A stretch of 64,000 nt of DNA from Patescibacteria group bacterium (GCA_041662665.1 JBAZSC010000001.1:193511-257510), one strand, 5' to 3'; shown: positions 37,048 to 47,086, counted from the first letter of the stretch. Made by a program: numbers and translations. The notes: generated from the sequence alone by a model not told the origin.

Positions 37048-37239
37048 ATGCCAAAAAAAACTTTGACCAGGACAAAAGCTGGAATTGATACAAAAATAAT
37101 TTCACGAACCGCAATCGCGACATCAATTTTTGTTTTGTTAGCTTTGATTGCCGGTTTTTCTTATGGAATGTCAATTAAATTTACAGGCGAAAAAAACAAA
37201 GCAGTTGCCAACAATTTTTTTCAACAATATATAAAATAA
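37048..37239 (+). CDS. Small single-TM hypothetical protein
   Basis: A 63-aa ORF with a hydrophobic core. Confidence is low. Confidence 0.3.
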   Translation: MPKKTLTRTKAGIDTKIISRTAIATSIFVLLALIAGFSYGMSIKFTGEKNKAVANNFFQQYIK

Positions 37240-37313
37240 CTGTTCAATTGTTAAATTGTTAACTTTGTTAATATTTTAACAATTTAACTATTTAGCAATT
37301 AAACAATTTAGCT

Positions 37314-37769
37314 ATGTTAAAAGACCGAATCAATAAAGATTTAATTACTGCATTAAAAGCAAAAGATCAGGAAAAATCTTCAATTTTAAGATTAATTAAT
37401 TCTGAAATCAAAAACGAAGAAATCGCCAAGAAAAAAAGAGAGCAAGGCTTAAATGACGAAGAAACTCAAGCTGTAATTGCTCGCCAAATCAAACAAATCA
37501 ATGATTCTATTGAATCTTTTAAGGCTGGAAAAAGAGAAGATCTAGTCAAGGAAGAAGAACAAAAATTAGCAATCTTAAAAGTCTATTTGCCAAAACAAAT
37601 AGAAAAAGCAGAAGTTGAAAAAATCGTTGATGAAGTCATTGCTCAAGTAAAGCCATCGAGTCCATCAGATTTTGGCAAGGTTATGGGGCAAGTTATGGCA
37701 AAAGTCAAAGGCAAAACTGATGGAAAAGTTGTGAATGAACTTGTTAGAAAAAAATTGAATGAGAATTAA
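37314..37769 (+). CDS. yqeY: GatB/YqeY-domain protein
   Basis: A 151-aa protein with MLKDRINKDLITALKAKDQEKSSILRLINSEIKN, typical of YqeY. Confidence 0.75.
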   Translation: MLKDRINKDLITALKAKDQEKSSILRLINSEIKNEEIAKKKREQGLNDEETQAVIARQIKQINDSIESFKAGKREDLVKEEEQKLAILKVYLPKQIEKAEVEKIVDEVIAQVKPSSPSDFGKVMGQVMAKVKGKTDGKVVNELVRKKLNEN

Positions 37770-37800
37770 GAATTATGAATCAAGAATTATGATTTGAATA

Positions 37801-38181
37801 ATGAATAAAACAAAAATAAAATCTTTTACAGATTTAAATGCTTGGAAAGAAGCGCATGTCTTAGTTATAATGATTTATAAAATTACTAAAACATTTCCCA
37901 AAGATGAATTGTTTGGATTAATTAATCAGCTTAGAAGATGCGCTGTTTCTATAACCTCAAACATTGCAGAGGGATTTAGCAGACCAACTTACAAAGAAAA
38001 AATAAAATTTTATTATACTTCTTTAGGTTCTGTAACTGAACTTCAAAATCAAATTTTAGTTGCGAGAGATATTGAATATTTATCAAACAAAGATTTTCAA
38101 AAAATTGCCAATCAAAGCATAACTGTCCATAAACTTATAAATGGATTGATTAAAAAATCAAAAACATTTAAAAAATCATGA
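37801..38181 (+). CDS. Four-helix-bundle protein (23S rRNA intervening-sequence protein family), copy 1
   Basis: AWKEAHVLVIMIYKITKTFPKDELFGLINQLRRCAVSITSNIAEGFSR is present. The gene is flanked by inverted 'aattatgaat' word repeats at 37770-37800 and 38176-38235. Confidence 0.75.
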   Translation: MNKTKIKSFTDLNAWKEAHVLVIMIYKITKTFPKDELFGLINQLRRCAVSITSNIAEGFSRPTYKEKIKFYYTSLGSVTELQNQILVARDIEYLSNKDFQKIANQSITVHKLINGLIKKSKTFKKS

Positions 38182-38217
38182 TTCATAATTCTAAATTCAA
38201 ATCATAATTCTTAATTC

Positions 38218-38775
38218 ATGATTCATAATTCTCGTAAAAAAAGTGTAGTCAATATCCCAAATGCCTTATCTCTTTTTCGATCTATTGTAATTTTTGTTGT
38301 CTTTTTTGCCCTTTTTGCTGATATTAATTTTCTGCTTCTTCAGATTTTAGTTGTTTTAGCAATTGTTAGTGACAAAATTGATGGCAGCTGGGCAAGACAT
38401 TTCAAAGAAACATCGAGATTTGGCATGCTCTTTGATTCATATGCTGATGCTGGATTTATTGCTATTTGTCTTATTTATGCAATCTTAAAATTAGATTTTC
38501 CAATTTACATTTTGTATTTTGGTTTGCCATTTGTTTTTATAATTTTACTTTTCTATTTAATATTTTCAATATTTGGCAAAAAAATTATTTCTTTTTGGGA
38601 TTTTGGCAAAAGGTTAGAATCAAAATCTACAGCCGTTGTATTATTCACTCTAATTATTTTTTATTTTTTCGATCTTCCGCTTAAAGTATATGTTGCTTGG
38701 TTCATGTTCGTTTATATTTATCTTTATTTATTTTATTATTTATATATAGCTATAAAACATGCAAAGAAAAAGTGA
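38218..38775 (+). CDS. CDP-alcohol phosphatidyltransferase family protein, paralog 1
   Basis: D-x2-DG-x2-AR...G...D-x3-D pattern (DKIDGSWARHF...FDSYADAG). Multi-TM. Confidence 0.7.
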   Translation: MIHNSRKKSVVNIPNALSLFRSIVIFVVFFALFADINFLLLQILVVLAIVSDKIDGSWARHFKETSRFGMLFDSYADAGFIAICLIYAILKLDFPIYILYFGLPFVFIILLFYLIFSIFGKKIISFWDFGKRLESKSTAVVLFTLIIFYFFDLPLKVYVAWFMFVYIYLYLFYYLYIAIKHAKKK

Positions 38776-39364
38776 AAAACCAAAAATAAAAGACATTATA
38801 AAAATTCCTAACATTTTAACAAGCATTAGAATAATAATTGCTTTGACAATTATTGCCTTATTTTTTACTAACAACCATATTTGGTTAGTAAAATGGCTTT
38901 TTGTAATCGGAATTTTAACCGACACATTAGATGGCAACATTGCTCGTCTTTTTAATCAAAAATCAAGATTAGGAGTCATGCTAGAACCAATAGCTGACAC
39001 TTTATTAGTAGCAGGTACAGTTTTGTTTGTTACTTTCAGACTCGATCTTCCAAAGTTAATATTCTTAATTTATGTTGCAGTAGTCTTTGTTGGATTTCTT
39101 GGAATAGTTTTTGTCTATTTAATCAGAAGAGAATGGTTCGCTGACAAACTGGTAGTTTCTGAAATTGCAATTGTTTTTGTTTATGGAACAGGTATTTTTT
39201 ATCTTTTTGGATTGCCATACAAAAATTATCTAGCGCTATTTACAATTGGCTTTGGGATTGCTGCTTTAATAGATCTAATCATAAAATTAAAAAGGTTTAA
39301 AGGCCGAGCGAAATTTAAATTAGAAAAACTTCAGAATAGCAAAGATTTCAAAATGCTGAAATAA
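38759..39364 (+). CDS. CDP-alcohol phosphatidyltransferase family protein, paralog 2
   Basis: DTLDGNIARLFNQKSRLGVMLEPIADTLL is present. It is a tandem paralog of the previous gene. Confidence 0.7.
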   Translation: MQRKSEKPKIKDIIKIPNILTSIRIIIALTIIALFFTNNHIWLVKWLFVIGILTDTLDGNIARLFNQKSRLGVMLEPIADTLLVAGTVLFVTFRLDLPKLIFLIYVAVVFVGFLGIVFVYLIRREWFADKLVVSEIAIVFVYGTGIFYLFGLPYKNYLALFTIGFGIAALIDLIIKLKRFKGRAKFKLEKLQNSKDFKMLK

Positions 39365-39471
39365 TACGAATATACGAATTTATGCAAATCAACGAATTTA
39401 CGAATGAGCGAATTCGCGTATATTTGCATATTTGTAGATTTGCATAGATTCGTAGATTTGTATTATATTTT

Positions 39472-40581
39472 ATGAATAAGTCACCAAGTAAAATAATTTT
39501 AATCGGCATTATCTTAATTCTTGCCGCAACTGTTGGGATTATTTTTTTTACAAAAGATAATAAAAAATCAGTAACTGGTGAAACAATAATTGATTTAACT
39601 TCGTCAAAAAAAGATTCCGCCTCCGCTCCAAAAGATTCAGCAGACAAAGCAGAAAATTCAAATTCGGAAATTAATTTAACTGCAGTTGGCGATATTATTA
39701 TGTCTCGCCATGTTGGCGTAAAAATCAAAGAATCTGGTGACAATGCTTTGCCGTTTCGAAAAGTTAGCGATATCTTGTCAGCAGGCGATATCACATTTGG
39801 TGATCTAGAAGCTCCTTTTTTAAATCAAGGCGATTTAATTACTGAAGGTATGAGCTTTAAAGCTGAGCCAGAATTTATTGAAGGCATAAAATTAGCAGGT
39901 TTTGATGTTATGGCTATGGCAAATAATCATACTAAAAATCAAGGCCCAGAAGGTTTGCTTTTCACTTTCGATCTATTAAATCAAAATAATATTAAGTTTT
40001 GCGGAGCAGGAAAAAATTTCGCTGAAGCACATCAGCCAGCGATTTTAGAAAGCAAAGGCAAAAAATTTGCTTTTCTAGCTTATACTTATTCTGACGGTAT
40101 TGACTTCCAAACTCATTTGAGCGAAAATGAACCAGACGTTGCTTTTTGGGATGCTAATCAAGCAAAAATAGATATCGACCAAGCTAAAACTCAGGCAGAT
40201 AGCGTTATAGTCTATATGCACGCTGGACAAGAATATTCTCCAAAGCCAATTCAAGATCAAATCAATTTTGCACATAGTGCAATTGATAATGGCGCAGATC
40301 TAGTCTTAGGCTCTCATCCGCATTGGGTTGAGACAACAGAAAAATATAAAGATAAATACATAATTTATTCAATGGGTAATTTTGTTTTTGATCAAGATTG
40401 GTCGCAAGAAACAAAAGAAGGTGTTATAGTTAAATTAAAATATAAAGACAACAGATTTAATCAAGCCGAATTTATTCCAGTTATTATTGAAGATTTTAAT
40501 CAGCCAAGGGTAGCTAATGATGCGGAAAAGTCGAAAATATTTAATCAAATGGAATTGAAAAGTTCTGTAATTAATTTCTAA
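39472..40581 (+). CDS. capA: CapA/PgsA-family metallophosphatase-like protein (poly-gamma-glutamate synthesis/capsule CapA family)
   Basis: An N-terminal TM helix and the motifs VGDIIMSRHVG, ANNHTKNQG, YMHAGQEY and LGSHPHWV of the PGA_cap domain. Confidence 0.75.
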   Translation: MNKSPSKIILIGIILILAATVGIIFFTKDNKKSVTGETIIDLTSSKKDSASAPKDSADKAENSNSEINLTAVGDIIMSRHVGVKIKESGDNALPFRKVSDILSAGDITFGDLEAPFLNQGDLITEGMSFKAEPEFIEGIKLAGFDVMAMANNHTKNQGPEGLLFTFDLLNQNNIKFCGAGKNFAEAHQPAILESKGKKFAFLAYTYSDGIDFQTHLSENEPDVAFWDANQAKIDIDQAKTQADSVIVYMHAGQEYSPKPIQDQINFAHSAIDNGADLVLGSHPHWVETTEKYKDKYIIYSMGNFVFDQDWSQETKEGVIVKLKYKDNRFNQAEFIPVIIEDFNQPRVANDAEKSKIFNQMELKSSVINF

Positions 40582-40589
40582 TGATCAAG

Positions 40590-40700
40590 ATACAAGAAAC
40601 AAACAAATCAAAATATTCAAATTACAATGACCAAACTCGTCGAGTTTGATTTTTGGTTATTTTAATTTGAAATTTGTTTGTATCTTGTTTCTTGGTTATT
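40590..40700. repeat. Long palindromic 'caaa/tttg' word-repeat hairpin region between convergent genes; it includes the perfect palindrome caaactcgtcgagtttg
   Basis: Inverted repeats are visible. It probably acts as a bidirectional terminator. Confidence 0.5.
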
Positions 40701-40717
40701 TGCAAATAAAAAAGCCA

Positions 40718-41281
40718 TCACTTCGATGACTTATGAAAAGGTTCAAAAAAATCAGGATGTTCAAGTAAAAACCACAAAATTTCAGGATCTCCATAATCAA
40801 TCATTCGTAAATTACCTTTAGTATCATAACAGAAATTATTTTGTTCCCAATGATGTGCAAGCTGAGCTGATCCAAGATTGAACGATTTACAATCAGGATC
40901 AAATGGATGAATTCTATATAAATCTAAATACATTGCTTTTGCCGCTTGAAAATCAAAATCAGCTTGATATCCTCTTTTTTGAATATTGACCAATCCTATT
41001 GAAAAATAAGTTGGCATCATATTCTTCCGTTTGTAACGAGCAGAATAAACAAATTCTAGCCAATTATGCTTAATAGCTAATGGCCAACGTTTTCTGATTG
41101 CATAGAAGATATCTCTGATACATCTATCCCAAAAACTAATTTTTCTAATGGGTGATCTGCAGTCATTAAGTCCAGCAAAATTAAACCAATTACGCCATAT
41201 TTCATCAAAAATATAAGTTTTGGCAACCTTTATCGCAAATGGTCCTACTAAAAATACAATTCTGTTATTGCCTAAATGCAT
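40718..41281 (-). CDS. Hypothetical protein with a protein-kinase-like minimal motif set (possible small atypical kinase)
   Basis: FAIKVAK (VAIK-like), HHWEQNNFCYDTKGNLRMIDYGD (catalytic-loop and DFG-like) and a Trp-rich sequence. The homology call is weak. Confidence 0.35.
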   Translation of the reverse strand: MHLGNNRIVFLVGPFAIKVAKTYIFDEIWRNWFNFAGLNDCRSPIRKISFWDRCIRDIFYAIRKRWPLAIKHNWLEFVYSARYKRKNMMPTYFSIGLVNIQKRGYQADFDFQAAKAMYLDLYRIHPFDPDCKSFNLGSAQLAHHWEQNNFCYDTKGNLRMIDYGDPEILWFLLEHPDFFEPFHKSSK

Positions 41282-41352
41282 TTTTTGTCCTCCTGGTTTG
41301 TGAAAGTGCTAACTTCTAATCTTATTAAAAAATTATCTTAAAGTCAATTATC

Positions 41353-41931
41353 ATGCAAAATATTTTTGAAATTAGAATTCATGCTCGAGCCCAACAAGGC
41401 GCAAATACAGTTGCGCATTTTTTCGCTGAAAGCGTTATTAATTATGGCAAATATGCTCAAGCCTTTCCATATTTTGGACCAGAAAGATCAGGCTCGCCAT
41501 TAATGTCTTTTGTCAGGATTTCTGATGAGCCAATTAGAATTTATTCTCAAGTTTATAATCCAAATATTTCAGTTGTCATTGATCAAACTTTGCTAAATAC
41601 TGAAAATGTTGCTAAAGATTTTACAGAAAAACAAATGGTTTTAGTTAATTCTCCTAAATCAAGCGAACAAATTAATCAAATTCTAAAAAGCAAAGCCAAA
41701 ATTTATTCAGTTGATGCCAATAAAATTTCAGAAGAAATTTTTGGCAAAACAATTCCAAACACAGTTTTGCTCGGCGCTTTGATTAAAGTTTTAGAAATAG
41801 ATAATCAAAAATTTATTACTCTTGATCATGTTGTAAAAACAATTAATCAAGAATTTCCAGCGAGATATGGACAATTGTTGACTGATCAAAACGTTAAAGC
41901 TGTAAAAACCGGATATGACTCAGTCATATAG
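41353..41931 (+). CDS. porG: Pyruvate/2-oxoacid:ferredoxin oxidoreductase gamma subunit
   Basis: IRIHARAQQGANTVAHFFAESVINYGKYAQAFPYFGPERSGSP is diagnostic of the POR gamma subunit. Confidence 0.85.
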   Translation: MQNIFEIRIHARAQQGANTVAHFFAESVINYGKYAQAFPYFGPERSGSPLMSFVRISDEPIRIYSQVYNPNISVVIDQTLLNTENVAKDFTEKQMVLVNSPKSSEQINQILKSKAKIYSVDANKISEEIFGKTIPNTVLLGALIKVLEIDNQKFITLDHVVKTINQEFPARYGQLLTDQNVKAVKTGYDSVI

Positions 41932-42080
41932 TTTTAATTTATAATTTTAAATTTCTAATTTCTATTAAATTTTTAATGCTTTAATTTTTAAATCTATTTT
42001 TGATCGTCGATGTTTAGAAATTAATTCATTAGGAATTTAATAAAAATTAGAAATTAGAAATTGAAAATTAAATAAAATTT

Positions 42081-42335
42081 ATGTCAGATTTACATATCGG
42101 TGCAAAAATTATTGAGCCAGGTTCATCAATTAGTAATAAAACTGGTTCTTGGAAATTACAGATTCCAATTGTTGATCGAAAAAAATGTCAAAATTGTTTG
42201 CAATGCGTCCAATATTGTCCAGAAAATTGCATTAAGGCAAAAGATGACAAACTAGATTATATTGATTTGAATTACTGCAAAGGTTGTGGAATCTGTGCGC
42301 ATGAATGTCCAAACAAATCGATAATCATGAAGTAG
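42081..42335 (+). CDS. porD: POR delta subunit (2x[4Fe-4S] ferredoxin)
   Basis: Two CxxCxxCxxxCP clusters are present. Confidence 0.85.
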   Translation: MSDLHIGAKIIEPGSSISNKTGSWKLQIPIVDRKKCQNCLQCVQYCPENCIKAKDDKLDYIDLNYCKGCGICAHECPNKSIIMK

Positions 42336-42430
42336 GAGTTAAATTTCCGAATATCATAATATCCGAATATTTTTTTTAATCAAAGCACGATATTCGGATA
42401 TTGAGATATTAAGATATTAAAAATCTAAAC

Positions 42431-43585
42431 ATGAATAATAAATTTAAAGCCATTACTGGTTCTCAATCAGCAGTTGAATCAATGCGCCAGATAAATCCTG
42501 ACGTTGTTTCAATTTATCCAATTTGCCCGCAGACATTCATTATTGAATTTTTTTCGCAATTAGTTGCTGATGGCAAAGTTGATACTAAAGTTATTACTGC
42601 TGAATCAGAACATTCTGTTATGTCAGCTTGTGTTGGAGCATCTGCATCAGGTGCCAGAGTCATCACTTCGACAGCATCATTAGGTTTGGCCTTGATGTGG
42701 GAAGTATTAGGTGTTGCTTCAGGATTGCGCTTGCCAATTGTTATGCATCTTGTAATGCGTGCTTTGTCAGCTCCAATTAATATCCATAGCGATCATTCAG
42801 ATGCTATGGGAGCAAGAGAACAAGGTTGGATTCAATTATTTTGCGGCAATAATCAAGAAGTTTATGATTTTTCAATCATTGCCCAAAGATTAGGAGAAAA
42901 ATTATTTTTGCCAATAATGGTTTGCCAAGATGGTTTTACAACTTCGCATAGTGTTGAAAAAACATTTGTTTTAGAAGATAATGATGTTAAAAATTTTGTT
43001 GGCGAATTCAAACCAGATCGTCCGCTTTTGGATATTAAAAATCCAACAACTTACGGTCCATTGTCATTGCCAAACACTTTTACAGAAATAAAAAAACAGC
43101 AATTTGATGTCTACAATAATGTTGGCCAAGAATTTTTAAATATTAGTTCAGAATTATCAAAATTAACAAATCGAAATTATAATTTAATTGAAGAATATAA
43201 AACAGAAGATGCTGATACAATTATAATCATTTTAGCTTCAACAGCTTCAACTTCAAAAGTTGTTATTGATGAATTAAGAGCCAAAGGACAAAAAGTTGGT
43301 TTAATTAGACCAATATTATTCCGTCCGTTTCCATATCAAGAAATTTCCAAAGCTTTAGCTAATGCAAAAAAAGTCGCAGTTTTAGATCGATCAATTGCAT
43401 TTGGCGCTATGCCTCCATTATATTCTGATGTTATGCTGTCTCTAAGTTCTTTAGAATCAAAACCACAAGTTGCATCATATATTTACGGTTTAGGCGGTCA
43501 TGATACGGTTTTGGCTGATATTAGAAAGGTTTTTCAAGACTTAGAAAAAGGAGAATTTATAGGTAAGGCAAAATTTTTGCACTAA
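42431..43585 (+). CDS. porA: POR alpha subunit
   Basis: 384-aa product with a POR/KOR alpha-subunit N-terminal domain (…VSIYPICPQTFIIEFFSQLVADGK…). Confidence 0.85.
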   Translation: MNNKFKAITGSQSAVESMRQINPDVVSIYPICPQTFIIEFFSQLVADGKVDTKVITAESEHSVMSACVGASASGARVITSTASLGLALMWEVLGVASGLRLPIVMHLVMRALSAPINIHSDHSDAMGAREQGWIQLFCGNNQEVYDFSIIAQRLGEKLFLPIMVCQDGFTTSHSVEKTFVLEDNDVKNFVGEFKPDRPLLDIKNPTTYGPLSLPNTFTEIKKQQFDVYNNVGQEFLNISSELSKLTNRNYNLIEEYKTEDADTIIIILASTASTSKVVIDELRAKGQKVGLIRPILFRPFPYQEISKALANAKKVAVLDRSIAFGAMPPLYSDVMLSLSSLESKPQVASYIYGLGGHDTVLADIRKVFQDLEKGEFIGKAKFLH

Positions 43586-43683
43586 ACATTGTTTAATTGC
43601 TCAATTGTTAAATTGCTAACAATTTAACAAATAAAAATTTTGGAATGCAAAATTTTTATCAATGTAACAATTTTGTAATAATG

Positions 43684-44412
43684 TTAAATACTAATAATCC
43701 GTTAATCATTGCACACAGAGGAGCTTCTTCGTATGCTTTTGAAAATACCTTAGATTCATTCAGGAAAGCATGTACTTTTGGCGCGGATATGATTGAACTA
43801 GATATCAGAGTTACAAAAGACAATGAATTAATTGTCTTTCATGATTCAGCAATTGATCGCATGACCGATGGTTCTGGTTTAGTCCAATATTTTACTCTTG
43901 CTGATTTAAAAAAAATTAAAATTCATGGAGAAGCAATTCCAACTTTGGAAGAGGTTATAAAAGTAACTTTAGGAAAAACAAATTATAACTTTGAAGTAAA
44001 AAATATTCCTTTAGCAAGCATCGATAAATTAATCGCGCTTTTGGATAAATATAATCTTCGCTATAAAGTAATAATTTCTTCATTTAATAGAAAAATTATT
44101 TTAAGAATAATAGAAATTGACCGCCAAATAAAAATTGCTTTATTGTGTTGGCAACTCAGAAAAAATAATCTCAAATTTATCCAGAAAAATGATCTGAATT
44201 ATGTGCATCCATATTATGGATTTTTAACTAGAAAAAAAATCAAGCAAGTCCATAATTTAGGCATTAAAATTAATACCTGGACTGTCAATTGGTCACTAGA
44301 TTTGAAATGGGTAATGGAATTAGGTGTTGATGGCGTGATTACGAATCGACCTGATTTAGCAAAAGCAGTCTTAGGCAAAATGAACAGACAAAAAACAACG
44401 CTCCATAGTTAA
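43684..44412 (+). CDS. Glycerophosphodiester phosphodiesterase (GDPD family), inserted inside the por operon
   Basis: IIAHRGASSYAFENTLDSF...ELDIRVTKDNELIVFHD is present. The ORF is open from 43645. Confidence 0.8.
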   Translation, partial: LNTNNPLIIAHRGASSYAFENTLDSFRKACTFGADMIELDIRVTKDNELIVFHDSAIDRMTDGSGLVQYFTLADLKKIKIHGEAIPTLEEVIKVTLGKTNYNFEVKNIPLASIDKLIALLDKYNLRYKVIISSFNRKIILRIIEIDRQIKIALLCWQLRKNNLKFIQKNDLNYVHPYYGFLTRKKIKQVHNLGIKINTWTVNWSLDLKWVMELGVDGVITNRPDLAKAVLGKMNRQKTTLHS

Positions 44413-44445
44413 AAAGTTCCTAAAGTTATAAAGTTTATAAAGTAA

Positions 44446-44790
44446 ATGAAAATTAAAAAATTTGAAGAAATTATTTCTTGGCAGAAAGCCGGAACTTTAA
44501 GTCTAAATATATATAAACTTTTTAAGCATTCAAGAGATTTCAGTTTTAGAGATCAGATTCAAAGAGCCTCGATATCAATGATGAATAATATTGCTGAAGG
44601 ATTTGAAAGAAAAACTAATAAAGAATTTAAAAATTTTCTTTATATCGCTAAAGGCTCTTGCGCTGAAGTCAGATCAATGTTATATATTGCTTTCAAACTA
44701 GAATACATAAATCAAAAACAGTTTAATGAAAATTATAAATTATGTTTAGAAATATCAAAAACAATTTCAGGTCTAATCAAGACTTTATGA
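44446..44790 (+). CDS. Four-helix-bundle protein (23S rRNA IVS family), copy 2, inside the por operon
   Basis: ISMMNNIAEGFERKTNKEFKNFLYIAKGSCAEVRSMLYIA is present. It is flanked by inverted 'agttataaagttt' repeats. Confidence 0.75.
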   Translation: MKIKKFEEIISWQKAGTLSLNIYKLFKHSRDFSFRDQIQRASISMMNNIAEGFERKTNKEFKNFLYIAKGSCAEVRSMLYIAFKLEYINQKQFNENYKLCLEISKTISGLIKTL

Positions 44791-44820
44791 ACTTTATAAC
44801 TTTAAAAACTTTATAACTAT

Positions 44821-45771
44821 ATGATAACCCTTAAAGAATTAGTAAAAAAACCAAATTATTTAGAATCCGGTCACGGCACTTGTCGCGGTTGTACTGCTAT
44901 TCCTCAAATCGTTAGAACAATTCTCAAAGCATCAGACAAGCCAGTCATCGTTGCTAATGCTACAGGTTGCATGGAAGTCACAACAACAATCTATCCGACA
45001 ACTTCTTGGAAAGTTCCTTGGATTCATTCTACTTTTGAGGCAGTTGGCGCATTGGTCTCTGGTGTTGAAACTGCTCACAGAGCTTTAGCCAATAAAACAA
45101 TTCAAGATGCAAATGGCAAAGAAATAAAAATTGAGGATTGCAATTTTGTCGCTTTTGCTGGAGACGGAGGTTCATATGATATCGGTTTGCAAGCTTTATC
45201 TGGTATGTTAGAAAGAGGCCATAATTGTCTTTTTGTTTGTTATGATAATGAAGCTTATATGAACACTGGAATTCAAAGATCTGGAGCTACTCCTTTTGGC
45301 GCTGAAACTTCAACAACACCAGACGGAAAAAAACATCATGGCAAAGAAGAAAAAAGAAAAAATTTAACAAAAATTGCTATTGCTCATGATATTCCATATG
45401 TTGCCCAATCATCTGTTTCTCATTGGCAAGATTTATACGAAAAAGCGCATAAAGCTTTCGAAATAAAAGGTCCAAAATTTATGAATGTCATTGCTCCTTG
45501 CACAGTTGGCTGGAAATTTAATGAAAATTTAGGCATTGAAATTTCTCGTCTTGCAGTTGAAACAAATTTTTGGCCTCTTTACGAAGTTGAAAATGGAAAA
45601 TACAAAATTAATTACAAACCAGAAAAAAGAAAATCAATTGAAGAATTTTTAAAACCGCAAAAACGTTTCGCACACTTGTTCGAAGCAGGCAATCGTAATC
45701 TAATTGTTAAAATACAGAAAGATGTTGATCAGGAGTGGGAAAAGCTGGTAAAAAACACCAAAACACTCTAA
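44821..45771 (+). CDS. porB: POR beta subunit (TPP-binding)
   Basis: GCMEVTTT..GDGGSYDIGLQ is the TPP-binding region of the POR beta subunit. Confidence 0.85.
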   Translation: MITLKELVKKPNYLESGHGTCRGCTAIPQIVRTILKASDKPVIVANATGCMEVTTTIYPTTSWKVPWIHSTFEAVGALVSGVETAHRALANKTIQDANGKEIKIEDCNFVAFAGDGGSYDIGLQALSGMLERGHNCLFVCYDNEAYMNTGIQRSGATPFGAETSTTPDGKKHHGKEEKRKNLTKIAIAHDIPYVAQSSVSHWQDLYEKAHKAFEIKGPKFMNVIAPCTVGWKFNENLGIEISRLAVETNFWPLYEVENGKYKINYKPEKRKSIEEFLKPQKRFAHLFEAGNRNLIVKIQKDVDQEWEKLVKNTKTL

Positions 45772-45856
45772 CACTCCAACACTTTTTTAAAAACACTAAA
45801 ACATTAAATTTTTGTGTGTTCAAGTGTTCGAGTGTTTAAGTGTTCATCTCAACGTC

Positions 45857-46267
45857 ATGACAAAATTCCAAGAAAAACTGAAATTAAAAATGGATGAGTA
45901 TGTGCATTTCGTTTATCTTGTAACAAAAAAGTTTCCAAGAGATGAATTATATGGAGTTACATCACAAATTCGTCGAGCTAGCCTTTCTGTAATACTCAAC
46001 TATCTCGAAGGCTATGCTAGAAGAAGACCGGCTGTTCAGTTGAATTTTTTTGAAACCTCATATGGTTCATTGAAAGAATCAAAATATTTGTTGCATTTTT
46101 CGATGAAAGAAAAATATTTATCAATAGAGGATTATAAGCATGCTATCAAATTAGCAGAAGAAATTGGTGCAATGCTTTGGTCTGAAATAAAATCATTAGA
46201 CAATAAGACGCAAAAACACCCTAAAACTTTAACAAAGAAACACTCGAATACTAAAACACTCAAATAG
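45857..46267 (+). CDS. Four-helix-bundle protein (23S rRNA IVS family), copy 3
   Basis: YGVTSQIRRASLSVILNYLEGYARRR is present. It is flanked by the exact 17-bp direct repeat cgagtgtttaagtgttc at 45839-45855 and 46291-46307. The ORF is open from 45812. Confidence 0.7.
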   Translation: MTKFQEKLKLKMDEYVHFVYLVTKKFPRDELYGVTSQIRRASLSVILNYLEGYARRRPAVQLNFFETSYGSLKESKYLLHFSMKEKYLSIEDYKHAIKLAEEIGAMLWSEIKSLDNKTQKHPKTLTKKHSNTKTLK

Positions 46268-46293
46268 GTCACTACATATGTATTTTTTTTCGA

Positions 46294-46980
46294 GTGTTTA
46301 AGTGTTCTAGTGTTTCAGTGTTTAATAACACATCCATGCAAAACAAAACAAAAAATTTAGAAAAGCAGAATAAGCAACATAATACTACGCTAATCATCAG
46401 CCTCAGTATTTTTGTTGGGCTTTTGATTTTCATTTTAATTATTTCAAGTGCTTCATTCTTATTTATAAAATATTTTAACAATCAAAAATCAAAATCATTT
46501 TCTAATGCCAAAAAATGGCAATTGGCTTTAGATGGCTTAGAAGAAGAACCAATAGTTACAGTTCCAACCGAAGATCAAGATGAAAGAAAGCAAAATACTG
46601 GAACGATCGGTCAAACTATTTCAAACGAAATTTTAGATTTGCAAATTAATTCAAATAAAAAAATAAATCTAAAATCTAGCCAGCCAGCAAAAGATAATGA
46701 TTTTTATAAAATAGATTTTTCTCTAAAAAATAATACTGCTGATGATCAAAAAATATCAATTTTATATTTTAGCTCCGAAGATCCAGATGATGGCGAATTT
46801 TCTTTAGTCATTCCAAGTCAAAATGATAATCAGTCAGTATTTGAAGAAGAAATCTCGCTTTCTCCTGGCCAAAAGAAGAGTGGCAGTCTAATTTTCGAAG
46901 TCAATAAAAATGTCCCCAACATTGATTTTATTTATGATGATAATACAAATACAAAAATCTTAATAAAATTAGAAAAATAG
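46294..46980 (+). CDS. Membrane-anchored hypothetical protein with an extracytoplasmic beta-rich domain
   Basis: An N-terminal TM helix (LIISLSIFVGLLIFILIISS). The likely start is the internal Met near 46336. Confidence 0.45.
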   Translation: MFKCSSVSVFNNTSMQNKTKNLEKQNKQHNTTLIISLSIFVGLLIFILIISSASFLFIKYFNNQKSKSFSNAKKWQLALDGLEEEPIVTVPTEDQDERKQNTGTIGQTISNEILDLQINSNKKINLKSSQPAKDNDFYKIDFSLKNNTADDQKISILYFSSEDPDDGEFSLVIPSQNDNQSVFEEEISLSPGQKKSGSLIFEVNKNVPNIDFIYDDNTNTKILIKLEK

Positions 46981-47086
46981 AAAGTGTTTATAACTTATTG
47001 CTTTTACCTTGAATCTTGTACTTCAATATAAAAGAAAATTGTGTTATAATAAAATAGTCAAATTTAGATATAACAAAAACAACAAT

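Noticed and set aside
39348-39794. Minus-strand 148-aa ORF overlapping capA
   Set aside because: It is antisense to a well-supported gene. Its composition is low-complexity and it has no start context.
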